Positions 8,614 through 18,231 of a stretch of DNA of 64,000 bases are shown in pieces (position 1 is the first letter of the stretch; every line of letters begins with the position of its first letter). Made by a program: the position numbers and the translations under genes. Source of the stretch: Candidatus Omnitrophota bacterium. GTDB taxonomy: Bacteria > Omnitrophota > Gorgyraeia > JAFGIU01. The stretch is from NCBI GenBank assembly GCA_016929445.1, contig JAFGIU010000041.1, positions 1,929 through 65,928 of the forward strand. The letters run 5' to 3'. The notes beneath the pieces are model-generated. The model ran no database searches. It had not been told where the DNA came from and was given only the letters and a program-made list of their open reading frames with translations.

Positions 8614-11600
8614 ATGAAGAAAAGAAATCTCTTGCCCGCAACGATTGCTTTTGTAAGCGTGCTTCTCGCTGCGATTCCTTGCGCCAATGCATCAGCCCCC
8701 AAACTCGCGACCATCGCAACCTTTGGCGACGCAGAGATTGAAGCCTTCTGGATCAAGCGCTATAGAATCGACCCCACTCGCCTTCAGCGTATTGCCGAGC
8801 TCAGTGAAGCATCTCCAAGACTTTTCAACACATTGATTGGGAGAAGCAATCCTGGCGCTGCTTGGCTCTCTCTGATGCTTAAGGAGGCTGCGGAAGAGGC
8901 CGGTGCAACTGGAGTGCCCTCCGAGGAAGTGTTACGTTGGATGGAATCGCAACCAGGGCAGCAGGGTTGGTCTCTTCTTGCAGATGCTAAGTCAGTCTTG
9001 GCGCCGTCTGGCAGACGCAAGAGCCTGGAGTCGTTACTCGGCTCGGAAGGGAGCGCTCAGCTTTTGGGTTGGGTGAATCAAACACTTGCAGGACCGATGC
9101 CTGAAGGGTTTCACGATCCCTTCCGGGCGTATCTTGGGAGCGATGTGGTCAACGAAGTCCGGGCCATAAATACGGTGATGAGAGAACTCGGTTATCCCCT
9201 TTCAGATTGGATATTGGAAGAGTGGCGAGAACTACAGAGACTCGGAGAGCAAGTTGCCCTGGCCATCCCCAATATTGAGAACTTGGATGAAGAACAAAGG
9301 ATGCAATATCCGGAGTATGTACGCCTCAAGAGGATGCGGAATTTCTTGGAGCTTTATGTGAACGATTTGTACCAGTTGGAATGGATCATTCGGCACACTC
9401 AGGAGAAAGAAGCTGAGTATTGGCCTGCAGTTTGGGCGACTCTTGAGGTCAGGGCTGGTGTGAGTCGCACGCAGATCCAGGCTTCTGAGAGCGTGATTCG
9501 CGATCTGTTGGTGAACTTACCGTTGGAAGGATCATTGCGTAAACCCTTTATTGGTGAGAGGGAGCAAAAGATCTTGTTGAGGTTGAGCCAAGAATGGGGG
9601 GTGCCATTGGGCAGGCTAGCAGCGCTCATTGAAGAGGAACAACATCGGGGCGAAAAACAGAAGGGCCTTGAATTACTGCAATCTGGTCGTGCTAGCGTCG
9701 ATTACCAGATTGCCATGATGCATGCATTCCAGGAGAACCTGGCTGAGATTCTACACGCACCGATTCAAGCAGGCGAGGTCATTGTCCATAAGATTCCATC
9801 CGGCGAGTCTGTAACCCAACTATTTGCAACTCATGCAACCCAGCCGGAGTACTTGGCATCAATGGCTTTAATGGGGATTATGGGGGAGGCCCCTGCCAGG
9901 AAAATAGCACCGTCCTCTGTTCAGGCCCTCAGCGGTGGGGCGGTGACGACGGGCACTTCTTTCCAAGTCGGCGCAGTGGAAAGAACCTTTGGAAATATTC
10001 CTAATCCCTATGGATTTTACGATCCCCAACACAATTCAATGGCGAAACATGGATATCAATATTTCTTGATGACGAATCCCAGGCCTGGGGGTGAGTACGG
10101 AGTGTTTATTCCTTGGCAGCAAATGTGTGAAGCGCGTAGGGATCGAGACTTGGATATTCAGCTTTACCAAGAGTGGAGTGTCGGGGGTGAGACTTTTAGG
10201 AGAAAGATCGCCGAATTGGGTAGGGTGGGTGCAGAGGAGTGGCGTGACCAAATGATGACACAGCTCACTATCTACAACAGTGACGTGCAACAAAGGATGA
10301 GAGCTCGGGGGGTAAGAGATCTTGAGAGGGCGGTGCAGGCTTGGAGAGAAGAAGGGACGATTGCCACAGGCAGAGATCCGTGGATGATTGAACACCGTGC
10401 TGCGGGGGAGGAGCAGGGAGAGATTACCATTTACCCTCCAGTGGACGGCCTGGATATCGACGCCCAGGGCGGTATGCTGATGGTCCCAGCAGCACAGCTC
10501 GAGGCCTTTCTCCTGGATATCATGCAATTTGCGGCCGAACACGGACTGCCGCTCAATCCTGACAAAGTCCTTCCACGCGTGGTTCCCTATGAAGAGGAAA
10601 ACCTGCAGCTCGCCATGTTGGCTATGGAGCATCGCGATCTGAATGAGGTCAGGGCTTCAGCACGAGATAGAGTCTGGAGAGCGTGGGATGCTCTTACGGG
10701 AGTTAGACCGCGCCTCGAACTCCTCTCCCCAGAAACAGGCCGGGAAGCATTGGAATTGTTTGGCGTAGTTTGTTGTAAAGTAATGGCTGAAAAGTATGGT
10801 GAGTCGCTTGGCCAAGCCGCAGCCACGATTGCAGGAGACCCAGTGACATTTGCGATAATCATCTCTAATGAGGACATTTTATCCGCATTTGTAGAGGCAG
10901 TGAAGAAACGCTTTGGTGCGGAGATCTCGACGGAGGAGGTCTCGAAGGCATTCAAAAAGCTTTGGTTTCATCGAGAGGTACCTACCAATCCGCTGCTGAT
11001 TGCTGCAGAGGGAGATAGGGTTGCGCTGTCAGGGTTTTCTGCCGAGGAAGCCTCGAGACTCTTACAAGCTGCGGTGCTTGCATCCAAGGGAGGAATTTTG
11101 TCAGAGGGGAAGAACAGTGTTGTTGCTGCAAGCGGGGGAGCATCGATCACCTTTTATAGTTCTGGTACTGCTATTGTAGGCTGGCGCTCTGAGGCAAAGC
11201 AATGGATGGCAGGGCAACAGAGGGCATGGGTGCGAGAGGCGCTCACCACAGCCTATGCGTATGACCTTTTTGAAGAGCCCCATTGGGATCCATTCCTGCG
11301 GCAGTACCTACATTTTCTACCTTTAAACCTCTCTGAGGAAGTGGTCGAGCGGTTGCTCGCGAGTGAAAATACAAACAAGGAAGAGGTCTTTACAGCGCCC
11401 GAGGAGCGTGCGATTGCTGAGGCGGCCATCCGGGGCATCGCAGGGTGTCCCTCAGAGGATCTGGATTGGCAAAGCGATCCGGACGGATATGAAGTCGCAG
11501 AGATTAGTCAGCAGCCTGACGTGTTGGGTCGCATCTTTGGTAGTGAACGCATCCAAAGGGCCTGGACAGTTCGTTATGAAGGGCTTCCGCTGTTATTGGC

Positions 11601-13419
11601 GGCGCAGGTGGACGACCGAGCACTGTACACTCGACTTTCTGAATCCCGTCAGGCAGACCGAACATTGCTCCGCTACTTTAGGACAGATCCTTCCGCACGC
11701 ATGTGGGCGGTTCATCCTTATGGTGTTTCGCACATCGGGCCGGGCTCGGGTGCTGTGGATCAGTTGCGCATCCCTGTGCTGCCCGGAGTGTGGCCTGGAG
11801 GCTATGCCAGCTTGTTGCTCGAGGCTGCCCTGCCACTCATTCAGGAGGGGGACGAGGTGGTGGACCTGGGGTGTGGAACTGGGATTATTGGAATTCGTGC
11901 TGCTGAGCAAGGCGCGTTTGTGCAAGCCCTGGACTTAGACCTGATGGCTGTGGAAAACACGCGAGTTGCCGCAGAGATTTCTGGGGTGGCCGATCGCGTT
12001 GTGGCCAAGGTATCTGACGGGTTGGCCGAGGTGCAGGAGCCGGTGGACTTCATTCTTTTTGGTGCCCCATTGGTGCAGCCAGAAGCGGCCGAGGATGACG
12101 CGCGCCACACGGCCACACGGGATGGCGGATTCAATCTGATGCGGTCCGTTATGCAGGATCTTCCGAGAAAACTGAAGCCCGGAGGCTCGCTCATCATGTA
12201 CAACAACGACTTTGTGACAGAAAAGATCCTCAGAGGATTTCTGGGGGGGCATTCTGGTGACTTCCAAATGCGGAGTCGGAAAAGTGAGAGCGGACTGGTT
12301 GTCTGGGTAGTGGAATACCGGCCCGTGTTGTTGCCTTTGGGGCCAGAGGGGCTGCCGGATGCACTACACCTGAATATCCCGGGAACGGGATACAACTCGA
12401 TGGCAATTCCGGAAGTGGCGGAAATATTTCGTTCCTATTTGGATGATCTGGCAGATCCCGAAGGGGCTCTCGCCTTCCAGCTCAAACGAAACCTTGCAGG
12501 TTCGATGGCAGGCTGGCCGACCTTCGAAAATCATTCCGCCTTTTTGAGGCAAATCGGTGGAGAGGTTGGGATGGGTTCAACGGTCTACTATCCATTTGGA
12601 GGCGCCGATCCGTACACACCTTTTGCTATGGATTCTGATGTAGAGGATGTTATCGCTTTTGGTCTGGAAAACTTCGGTTCCCCGGGGGATATTCAAAAGA
12701 TGTTCGGAGACGGCAATTATTACCACAGGGTGGGTGGGTTATTCGGCGGGATTGATTCTCATCTGTCCTTAGTCAATATGCTGCAGCGTCTGGGCTTGAA
12801 CGGCATAGGACCTTTGGCTTTGGCACGTTGTGTCAATTTTTTGGGAGCAGGAATAGAGGGAGTTTACTATTTTGATCTCCAAGAGGACGGCGACTTTAGA
12901 TTTTTGACTGAGGAGGACATGCGCGACCGTCCTGAGCAAGGGTTTAGGAATGCCGTAATTCAGTTTGAAGATCCTCATACAGGAAGGCTCAAAAGGTTCT
13001 GGTATATGCAGGACAATGTCTATGATCAAACATCACCCTTCAGAGCAACCCTTGGAAGGTTGCGTTTCGATACCCTGCTTCTCAAAGGCGCGCTGGACTT
13101 TCTTGAACCCGGTACGGATCCAAGCGATGTGGTGGATGAAAAGGTACTGCAGCAGGCGCGAAGACTGAACGCCAATGTGGTTGCGGATATGAACCAACAG
13201 CATATGAGCCGAGGCATTTGGAGAGTTCGACCCGATAGTATTCCTATTCCATTGGGCGAAATGTTTGGCTACGGCGGTGTGCAGCAAGGCGGAGAAGTCC
13301 ACTATGGGCCCTCAACTATGCTGGTGGAAGGCCCGAGTCGTGCGGATGAGGCGCGGCAGTTGCACCTAGGGACATGGCCTTCGCAGCAGGCAATAGTCGC
13401 TATTGAATCTTCTCTGTAG
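8614..13419 (+). CDS. Large (~1600 aa) secreted modular protein with PrmA/HemK-like SAM methyltransferase domain; C-terminus IESSL
   Basis: Signal peptide MKKRNLLPATIAFVSVLLAAIPCANASA; VVDLGCGTGIIG, ALDLD..AV.NT, SDG, LKPGG. Confidence 0.78.
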   Translation: MKKRNLLPATIAFVSVLLAAIPCANASAPKLATIATFGDAEIEAFWIKRYRIDPTRLQRIAELSEASPRLFNTLIGRSNPGAAWLSLMLKEAAEEAGATGVPSEEVLRWMESQPGQQGWSLLADAKSVLAPSGRRKSLESLLGSEGSAQLLGWVNQTLAGPMPEGFHDPFRAYLGSDVVNEVRAINTVMRELGYPLSDWILEEWRELQRLGEQVALAIPNIENLDEEQRMQYPEYVRLKRMRNFLELYVNDLYQLEWIIRHTQEKEAEYWPAVWATLEVRAGVSRTQIQASESVIRDLLVNLPLEGSLRKPFIGEREQKILLRLSQEWGVPLGRLAALIEEEQHRGEKQKGLELLQSGRASVDYQIAMMHAFQENLAEILHAPIQAGEVIVHKIPSGESVTQLFATHATQPEYLASMALMGIMGEAPARKIAPSSVQALSGGAVTTGTSFQVGAVERTFGNIPNPYGFYDPQHNSMAKHGYQYFLMTNPRPGGEYGVFIPWQQMCEARRDRDLDIQLYQEWSVGGETFRRKIAELGRVGAEEWRDQMMTQLTIYNSDVQQRMRARGVRDLERAVQAWREEGTIATGRDPWMIEHRAAGEEQGEITIYPPVDGLDIDAQGGMLMVPAAQLEAFLLDIMQFAAEHGLPLNPDKVLPRVVPYEEENLQLAMLAMEHRDLNEVRASARDRVWRAWDALTGVRPRLELLSPETGREALELFGVVCCKVMAEKYGESLGQAAATIAGDPVTFAIIISNEDILSAFVEAVKKRFGAEISTEEVSKAFKKLWFHREVPTNPLLIAAEGDRVALSGFSAEEASRLLQAAVLASKGGILSEGKNSVVAASGGASITFYSSGTAIVGWRSEAKQWMAGQQRAWVREALTTAYAYDLFEEPHWDPFLRQYLHFLPLNLSEEVVERLLASENTNKEEVFTAPEERAIAEAAIRGIAGCPSEDLDWQSDPDGYEVAEISQQPDVLGRIFGSERIQRAWTVRYEGLPLLLAAQVDDRALYTRLSESRQADRTLLRYFRTDPSARMWAVHPYGVSHIGPGSGAVDQLRIPVLPGVWPGGYASLLLEAALPLIQEGDEVVDLGCGTGIIGIRAAEQGAFVQALDLDLMAVENTRVAAEISGVADRVVAKVSDGLAEVQEPVDFILFGAPLVQPEAAEDDARHTATRDGGFNLMRSVMQDLPRKLKPGGSLIMYNNDFVTEKILRGFLGGHSGDFQMRSRKSESGLVVWVVEYRPVLLPLGPEGLPDALHLNIPGTGYNSMAIPEVAEIFRSYLDDLADPEGALAFQLKRNLAGSMAGWPTFENHSAFLRQIGGEVGMGSTVYYPFGGADPYTPFAMDSDVEDVIAFGLENFGSPGDIQKMFGDGNYYHRVGGLFGGIDSHLSLVNMLQRLGLNGIGPLALARCVNFLGAGIEGVYYFDLQEDGDFRFLTEEDMRDRPEQGFRNAVIQFEDPHTGRLKRFWYMQDNVYDQTSPFRATLGRLRFDTLLLKGALDFLEPGTDPSDVVDEKVLQQARRLNANVVADMNQQHMSRGIWRVRPDSIPIPLGEMFGYGGVQQGGEVHYGPSTMLVEGPSRADEARQLHLGTWPSQQAIVAIESSL

Positions 13420-13426
13420 ACCTGAT

Positions 13427-14143
13427 CTACCACGGCGCCAACTCAAAGAAACTCGAATCCTTCACAGTCTCGCCTTCTCCGGCATTGGCAATGTCCACAA
13501 ACTGCCGGGCCCATTCCTCAATAATGGCTTGGGCCTGCCAGTACCAAGCCAGATTCTTCAAATTCACAAGGGAGGCCTTTTCCTGTTCGCGGTCCGCAAA
13601 GGCGGCCACCACCTCGTTCGTGCGCCCGTCCCTGAGCCGCGCCTCAAAAGCCACCCGGCTCTTGGCGCCCATGCGCAGCAGGCCTCCCGCATAAGGAACG
13701 CCATAACTCAGCGTGTCCAGAAATGCCCGGTTCGGAATGATCTCCACCAAGGCCAGCTCCAGAATGATTGAGTTGCTCTGGGCTTCTTCCACGACCAGGT
13801 ATTTATGATCGCGATCCTGCGCAAAGGCCATCTTAAAGGCTTGGCGCGCGGTCTCGGCTACAAAGGGAATATCCTTTTCCGGGATTTGCCCCTTGCCGAT
13901 CTCCTTGATCCAATCCATTTCCAGTAAATAGCGGGTGTTGACCGGCGCGATATAGATCGTGGAGTAGTTGTCCCAGCTAAAGCCTTCGGCCATCCAGGCT
14001 TTGTGAAAGGGGAAGCGTTCGTCCTCCAGCAGTTGCTCCTCGGACACAAAACCCGCCGAGGGCGCAGGCTTGGCCTTGAAAGAACAAGCGCTCAAACCCA
14101 GACAGAGGAGGATGAAAAGCAGGAAGATACGGGAACGGCACAT
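13427..14143 (-). CDS. DUF3313-like lipoprotein
   Basis: Lipobox LSAC, SAGF, IYIAPV, EARLRD..T.EV.A..ADR, IEEWA. Confidence 0.7.
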   Translation of the reverse strand: MCRSRIFLLFILLCLGLSACSFKAKPAPSAGFVSEEQLLEDERFPFHKAWMAEGFSWDNYSTIYIAPVNTRYLLEMDWIKEIGKGQIPEKDIPFVAETARQAFKMAFAQDRDHKYLVVEEAQSNSIILELALVEIIPNRAFLDTLSYGVPYAGGLLRMGAKSRVAFEARLRDGRTNEVVAAFADREQEKASLVNLKNLAWYWQAQAIIEEWARQFVDIANAGEGETVKDSSFFELAPW

Positions 14144-14234
14144 GCATTCATTATAACCGACTGCGCAAGTTAGGGTAGGGGGTAGACAAAGCATTTATTG
14201 CCTGCCCCTTTCCCTATCGCTTACCATAGTTTCT

Positions 14235-14891
14235 ATGGTGCACTCCAAGGTCCACCGATCCCTTAGCGGACGTTTCTTCGATACCCTGCTTTTTCCTTTG
14301 CGGGCGTTATTTGCGGGTACGGAACCCAAATGGGGGCTTTCCACTCTGCGGGATGAGCGCATGCGCGCTGTTGCGCGGCATTGCAAGGGCCGCGTGCTGG
14401 ACGTGGGCTGTGGTCCGGGGAATCTTTTTATCCGGGACTTCATCGGCCCGGACCAGGGTGTGGGCGTGGATGTCTTTGCTTATGAGGGAGTAGAAAATGT
14501 GGTTGATGACCCTTGCCGCCTGCCCTTCGAGGATGAGTCCTTCGACACCCTGAGCTTGGTGGCGGTTGTGAGCCATATTCCTCAATCCAAACGCGTAGAA
14601 GAGTTTAAGGAATTCGCGCGGGTTCTCAAACCCGGCGGATTGCTGGTGGCCACTGAGGGGGAGCCCGTCACGCAAACCCTGGTGCATCAATGGGCGCATT
14701 TCTATTGCGCCTTGCGCGGCAAAAAGGACATGGACACGGAGCGGGGCATGGAAGAGGACGAGCAATACTGCATGCCCCATAAGGAGCTGCTCAGCTACCT
14801 GAATACTCCGCCCCTTCAGTTTGTCCGGCGCCGGCCTTTTATGTGGGGCCTTAACTGGGTCTTTATCGCGCAGAAGCAGGGCTCCTTTTAG
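14235..14891 (+). CDS. Class I SAM-dependent methyltransferase
   Basis: VLDVGCGPG, LPFEDESFD, RVLKPGG. Confidence 0.85.
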   Translation: MVHSKVHRSLSGRFFDTLLFPLRALFAGTEPKWGLSTLRDERMRAVARHCKGRVLDVGCGPGNLFIRDFIGPDQGVGVDVFAYEGVENVVDDPCRLPFEDESFDTLSLVAVVSHIPQSKRVEEFKEFARVLKPGGLLVATEGEPVTQTLVHQWAHFYCALRGKKDMDTERGMEEDEQYCMPHKELLSYLNTPPLQFVRRRPFMWGLNWVFIAQKQGSF

Positions 14892-14918
14892 GCGCTTTGC
14901 TGTTACACTGAGTAGGCC

Positions 14919-15689
14919 ATGCCGTACTCTGTCTTTCTCAAAGACGAATCCTTTCCTCTGCCGATCGAGCCGGTGAGCCGGGTTCTGCATCAGGTCCTGG
15001 GCGGGGTGATGCTCGATTACTTTCCGCAGCTTAAACTTCACTACGGGTGGATTGCCAAGGATCTGGATCTTTCTACCGCCGATGCGTTGCTTGCGGCATT
15101 GGAGTCTGCGGGTTTTCCGGCCCTCAAGAAGGAGGATTCGGAGCCCAAGGGCGCGCTTCAACTCTATGCGGTCAAAAAGGCGGAACTGAAGGAGGACTTC
15201 CTTTACGCCCAGATCGGAATCACCGAAGCCCTTACGTCTGTGCCCTGGCACAGTCTATCTATCGTCTCCATCGGGAGTGTGCCTATCACCAAACAGAAAA
15301 GCGTGGTGGGGGAGGCCAAAAAACACAGCATTAATTGGGGAGTGACTGCCCTTACCGGCATTCCCGTGAGCAAAACCAAGACCGTCAAGACAACCCGTTT
15401 TGAAAACGTTTCCGAACAAGGGGTTCTGATTCACCTGATTTTTGCTCAGGAAAAGATCTTGTTGGAGATCCGCCCCACCGCATTCAACTATGCGTATCTG
15501 AAAGAGCGCCTGGCCACCAACTCCCGCGAGAATTTTAAGACCTTGCTTCAGGACCTACAGCGCTTTGCCACCCAGGCCTGCTGGACGCGCGTGTCCCGGA
15601 AATTTCTGGAGACCGGGGAGCTCAAGCCGGACTTCGTGGACGCCAAGGACTTCCTGCGTTACAACTCGTGGATTTTGGAGAAGTCGTGA
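14919..15689 (+). CDS. Hypothetical protein
   Basis: 256-aa ORF filling the space between neighbours, extended -10-like box upstream; no recognised motif. Confidence 0.65.
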   Translation: MPYSVFLKDESFPLPIEPVSRVLHQVLGGVMLDYFPQLKLHYGWIAKDLDLSTADALLAALESAGFPALKKEDSEPKGALQLYAVKKAELKEDFLYAQIGITEALTSVPWHSLSIVSIGSVPITKQKSVVGEAKKHSINWGVTALTGIPVSKTKTVKTTRFENVSEQGVLIHLIFAQEKILLEIRPTAFNYAYLKERLATNSRENFKTLLQDLQRFATQACWTRVSRKFLETGELKPDFVDAKDFLRYNSWILEKS

Positions 15690-15699
15690 TTTTGGGGGC

Positions 15700-15740
15700 C
15701 AAAGATTGCTTCCCCTTTAAAAGGCTCAGGGTCTCAATGA
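15700..15740. repeat. REP-like element, degenerate direct-repeat partner of 18150-18189
   Basis: caaagattgcttcccctttaaaaggctcagggtctcaatga. Confidence 0.7.
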
Positions 15741-15753
15741 AGGCTGAACGCCC

Positions 15754-18231
15754 TTACTCAAATTTGAGCAGGTACCACGGACTCTGCGTGCCGCTCAAAT
15801 TCAGATCATGGCGCACGCGTCCGGACGCCAGGGAGGGCTCTTCATGGGGCTCGCCTTTTTCGTCGAGCGCATAGACCTGCAGCGAGTAGCGGTCGTGAAT
15901 GAAGAGTTGCAGATCCATGCCGCACAACATCGGTGTGCCGTCTCCCCATAAAAAGTGTTTGTCGCTGCGGCGCTTACTGCCGCGCGCTTGCAGGGGGCCC
16001 ACCGCATACAGAATCAGCTCTTGTGCTTCATCCAAAGGAACTCCGTCCGGGGCAATGAGGGCGCCAACGCCCTGGGAGCGGGTGTGGAACAGGGTCCGGC
16101 GTTTGGGGCTGGGGTTTAGGGCCGGGGCTCCGTAAATAATCGCCGCGCTGGAGTTGCTAAGGCCAATTCCGGTTTCGCTCACGGTCTTCTTCAGTTCCTC
16201 TTTTCCCAGATAAACCAGACTGCCCAAACTGCAGAGCAGGAGCTGTTGCGGGTTCGCCGCGATCTCAAAGTAGTCGTTTACTGCGCTGGCGTATTCATAG
16301 GAGTCAGCGCTATTCGCGAAGTTGTACTGGAATACTGCATCCCATCCGCGCTCTCTGGCGGTGTGGGCCAGGAGTACCGGCGTCTCCCAAGAGAATGTAT
16401 TGGGATAGCAATGATTCCATTCGCTTACGGTGAAGGGTTTGTCGCGGACTTCTTTCTCGATCAATCCGGCGAGCAGCCCCGTCTCCTCGGCCTCGCCCTC
16501 CTTGCCGAAGATGGATTCATTATGGATCCGGAAATCGCTGCGATCCCAGGCTTTGTCCGGGAACTGCGGGTAATCCCAAAATGCCTGGGCATCCACATAG
16601 TCCAGGTCTTCTTGGGTCCTGAGATTTTCCGGCAGAGGGTAGCCGCTGATGCCTGTGACCGGGACTTGAACCCCCGCCTCCACACGCAGAAAGCGCTCCA
16701 TCTCCGTGAAATAGGCCCTTTCCAATTCCAGGTAGAATTCCCGGATGTCCTTTTGCATGAGCTCAGGATAGAAATAAAGCCATGCGTACTTGGGGCGTTT
16801 GAAGTCAAATCGTGTCCTTTGGGCTTCCTTCATCAAAATGGGCAGAGTCGTGACCTTGGAGAGCCGCACATCTTTGATTCGCACCATGGCTTTTTGGGCG
16901 CCGAAGTAGAAGGTGAGTTTGGCGTTGAGGCAGTCGTCCGTGGCCGTAAAGGGAATCTGGTAGATGCGCCAGGCGCGATCCAATTCGCAAGATTGGTCAA
17001 GGCCGAGATGGGTGAGCGGAAAAGTCGCCTGCTGAATTACCGCCTGGATGTTGAGTGTGCGGTCTGCGCTGCCGGTGAATTCCAAGAGGTAGTTTTGCCC
17101 GGCCACAGTGGGAATGCGATTGCGCCGGTACTGAAGGTGCTCGGCTTTTCCGGTAACCAGATCGGCGTGCAGGATGGCCGCGCCGGCTGCGGAGTTGAAA
17201 CGGCAACGGGCATCGGCGTGTTTTTCGACCACCCACAGATGATCTTGCTGAACAATGGCGCGCTCCACAGGTTCCAGACCATCGAGGCCCCAGATAGCAA
17301 TGGCCTCCGCCGGGGTGGGGTATTTTTTCTCCAGCCAACGGTTCCACCGGTCATCCAGCTGCTTCAAGTAGAACTCCGGCAAATAGGCCTTTTCCCACAG
17401 ATTGTCGGGTTCGTTGAGCCGGCCTTGTTGCCAGGCCCGGATCAGGGAACAGTCGTTGACGATTTCGACGAAGGCGACAGCGGGTTCCTCAGAGTAGCGG
17501 CTTTCGGTGTAGGGGTTGTAGTGCGTAAGCAATTGCTTTGCGTAAATTTGTTGGAGCTTGATGAGGTGCGGGTCAAATAGACAGGCAGGCTTTGCTCCGG
17601 GGCCGAGCAGTCCGGCTTGGACAACACCGTCAGCCACCGTGAACCGGCGGTTGGTCAGTAGATTGAATGCGGTGTAGATGCCGCGCCGCTTAAGCAAGTA
17701 AATTAAACGGTCCATCCGGTCGAGCTGTTCCCTGCTGATCAATTGGGTGTTTTTGAGTTGCGGGTCGGTGTAACCGGGGGCACTGTCCTCCAACAAGCCA
17801 TCGGGGGCAAAGGCGCTGTCGATATCGCTGAAGCGGACTGCATTGAAACCGAAAAAAGCGATGCGATCTGCCGCAAACTTGGCCTCTTCCTCCGGAGGGA
17901 ATGCGCCTGAACGGCACAAATTAGTGCCCCAGAAGCGAGCTGGGCTGCCGTTATCAAATTGAAAATCCGCGCCGTTAACCTCGACATAGCCGTGAATACC
18001 GGCCGGCGCATTCAGCACATGCCTCCCGATATTGGCTGGAGAGTCCGGGTCGAGGTTTTTGTCCAGGGTAAAGGCGTACCAGGCCTCGGTGCTTTGAGCA
18101 AAGGCGGGCGGTATGAAGAGAAGAAACAGGGCAATCGTCATCGCAATGACAAAGATTGCTTTCCCTTCGGCAGGCTCAGGGTCGCAATGCCGGATTAGAT
18201 CTGCTCGCGGTGGCCTTGGAGTGATGGTCAT
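15754..18231 (-). CDS. Exported clan GH-A (GH5-like) glycoside hydrolase with inserted CBM4_9-like module
   Basis: RFWGTNL, GFNAVRF, LLTHYNPYT, EPAVAFVEIVND, KPFTVSEWN; signal-like IALFLLFIPPAFA; ATGA overlap with upstream gene (alternative start 18141). Confidence 0.7.
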   Translation of the reverse strand: MTITPRPPRADLIRHCDPEPAEGKAIFVIAMTIALFLLFIPPAFAQSTEAWYAFTLDKNLDPDSPANIGRHVLNAPAGIHGYVEVNGADFQFDNGSPARFWGTNLCRSGAFPPEEEAKFAADRIAFFGFNAVRFSDIDSAFAPDGLLEDSAPGYTDPQLKNTQLISREQLDRMDRLIYLLKRRGIYTAFNLLTNRRFTVADGVVQAGLLGPGAKPACLFDPHLIKLQQIYAKQLLTHYNPYTESRYSEEPAVAFVEIVNDCSLIRAWQQGRLNEPDNLWEKAYLPEFYLKQLDDRWNRWLEKKYPTPAEAIAIWGLDGLEPVERAIVQQDHLWVVEKHADARCRFNSAAGAAILHADLVTGKAEHLQYRRNRIPTVAGQNYLLEFTGSADRTLNIQAVIQQATFPLTHLGLDQSCELDRAWRIYQIPFTATDDCLNAKLTFYFGAQKAMVRIKDVRLSKVTTLPILMKEAQRTRFDFKRPKYAWLYFYPELMQKDIREFYLELERAYFTEMERFLRVEAGVQVPVTGISGYPLPENLRTQEDLDYVDAQAFWDYPQFPDKAWDRSDFRIHNESIFGKEGEAEETGLLAGLIEKEVRDKPFTVSEWNHCYPNTFSWETPVLLAHTARERGWDAVFQYNFANSADSYEYASAVNDYFEIAANPQQLLLCSLGSLVYLGKEELKKTVSETGIGLSNSSAAIIYGAPALNPSPKRRTLFHTRSQGVGALIAPDGVPLDEAQELILYAVGPLQARGSKRRSDKHFLWGDGTPMLCGMDLQLFIHDRYSLQVYALDEKGEPHEEPSLASGRVRHDLNLSGTQSPWYLLKFE
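18137..18189. repeat. REP-like element inside the 5' end of the glycoside hydrolase ORF
   Basis: gtcatcgcaatgacaaagattgctttcccttcggcaggctcagggtcgcaatg. Confidence 0.7.

Noticed and set aside
16246-17580. 444-aa plus-strand ORF
   Set aside because: Antisense to the glycoside hydrolase, no motifs; typical of GC-rich shadow frames
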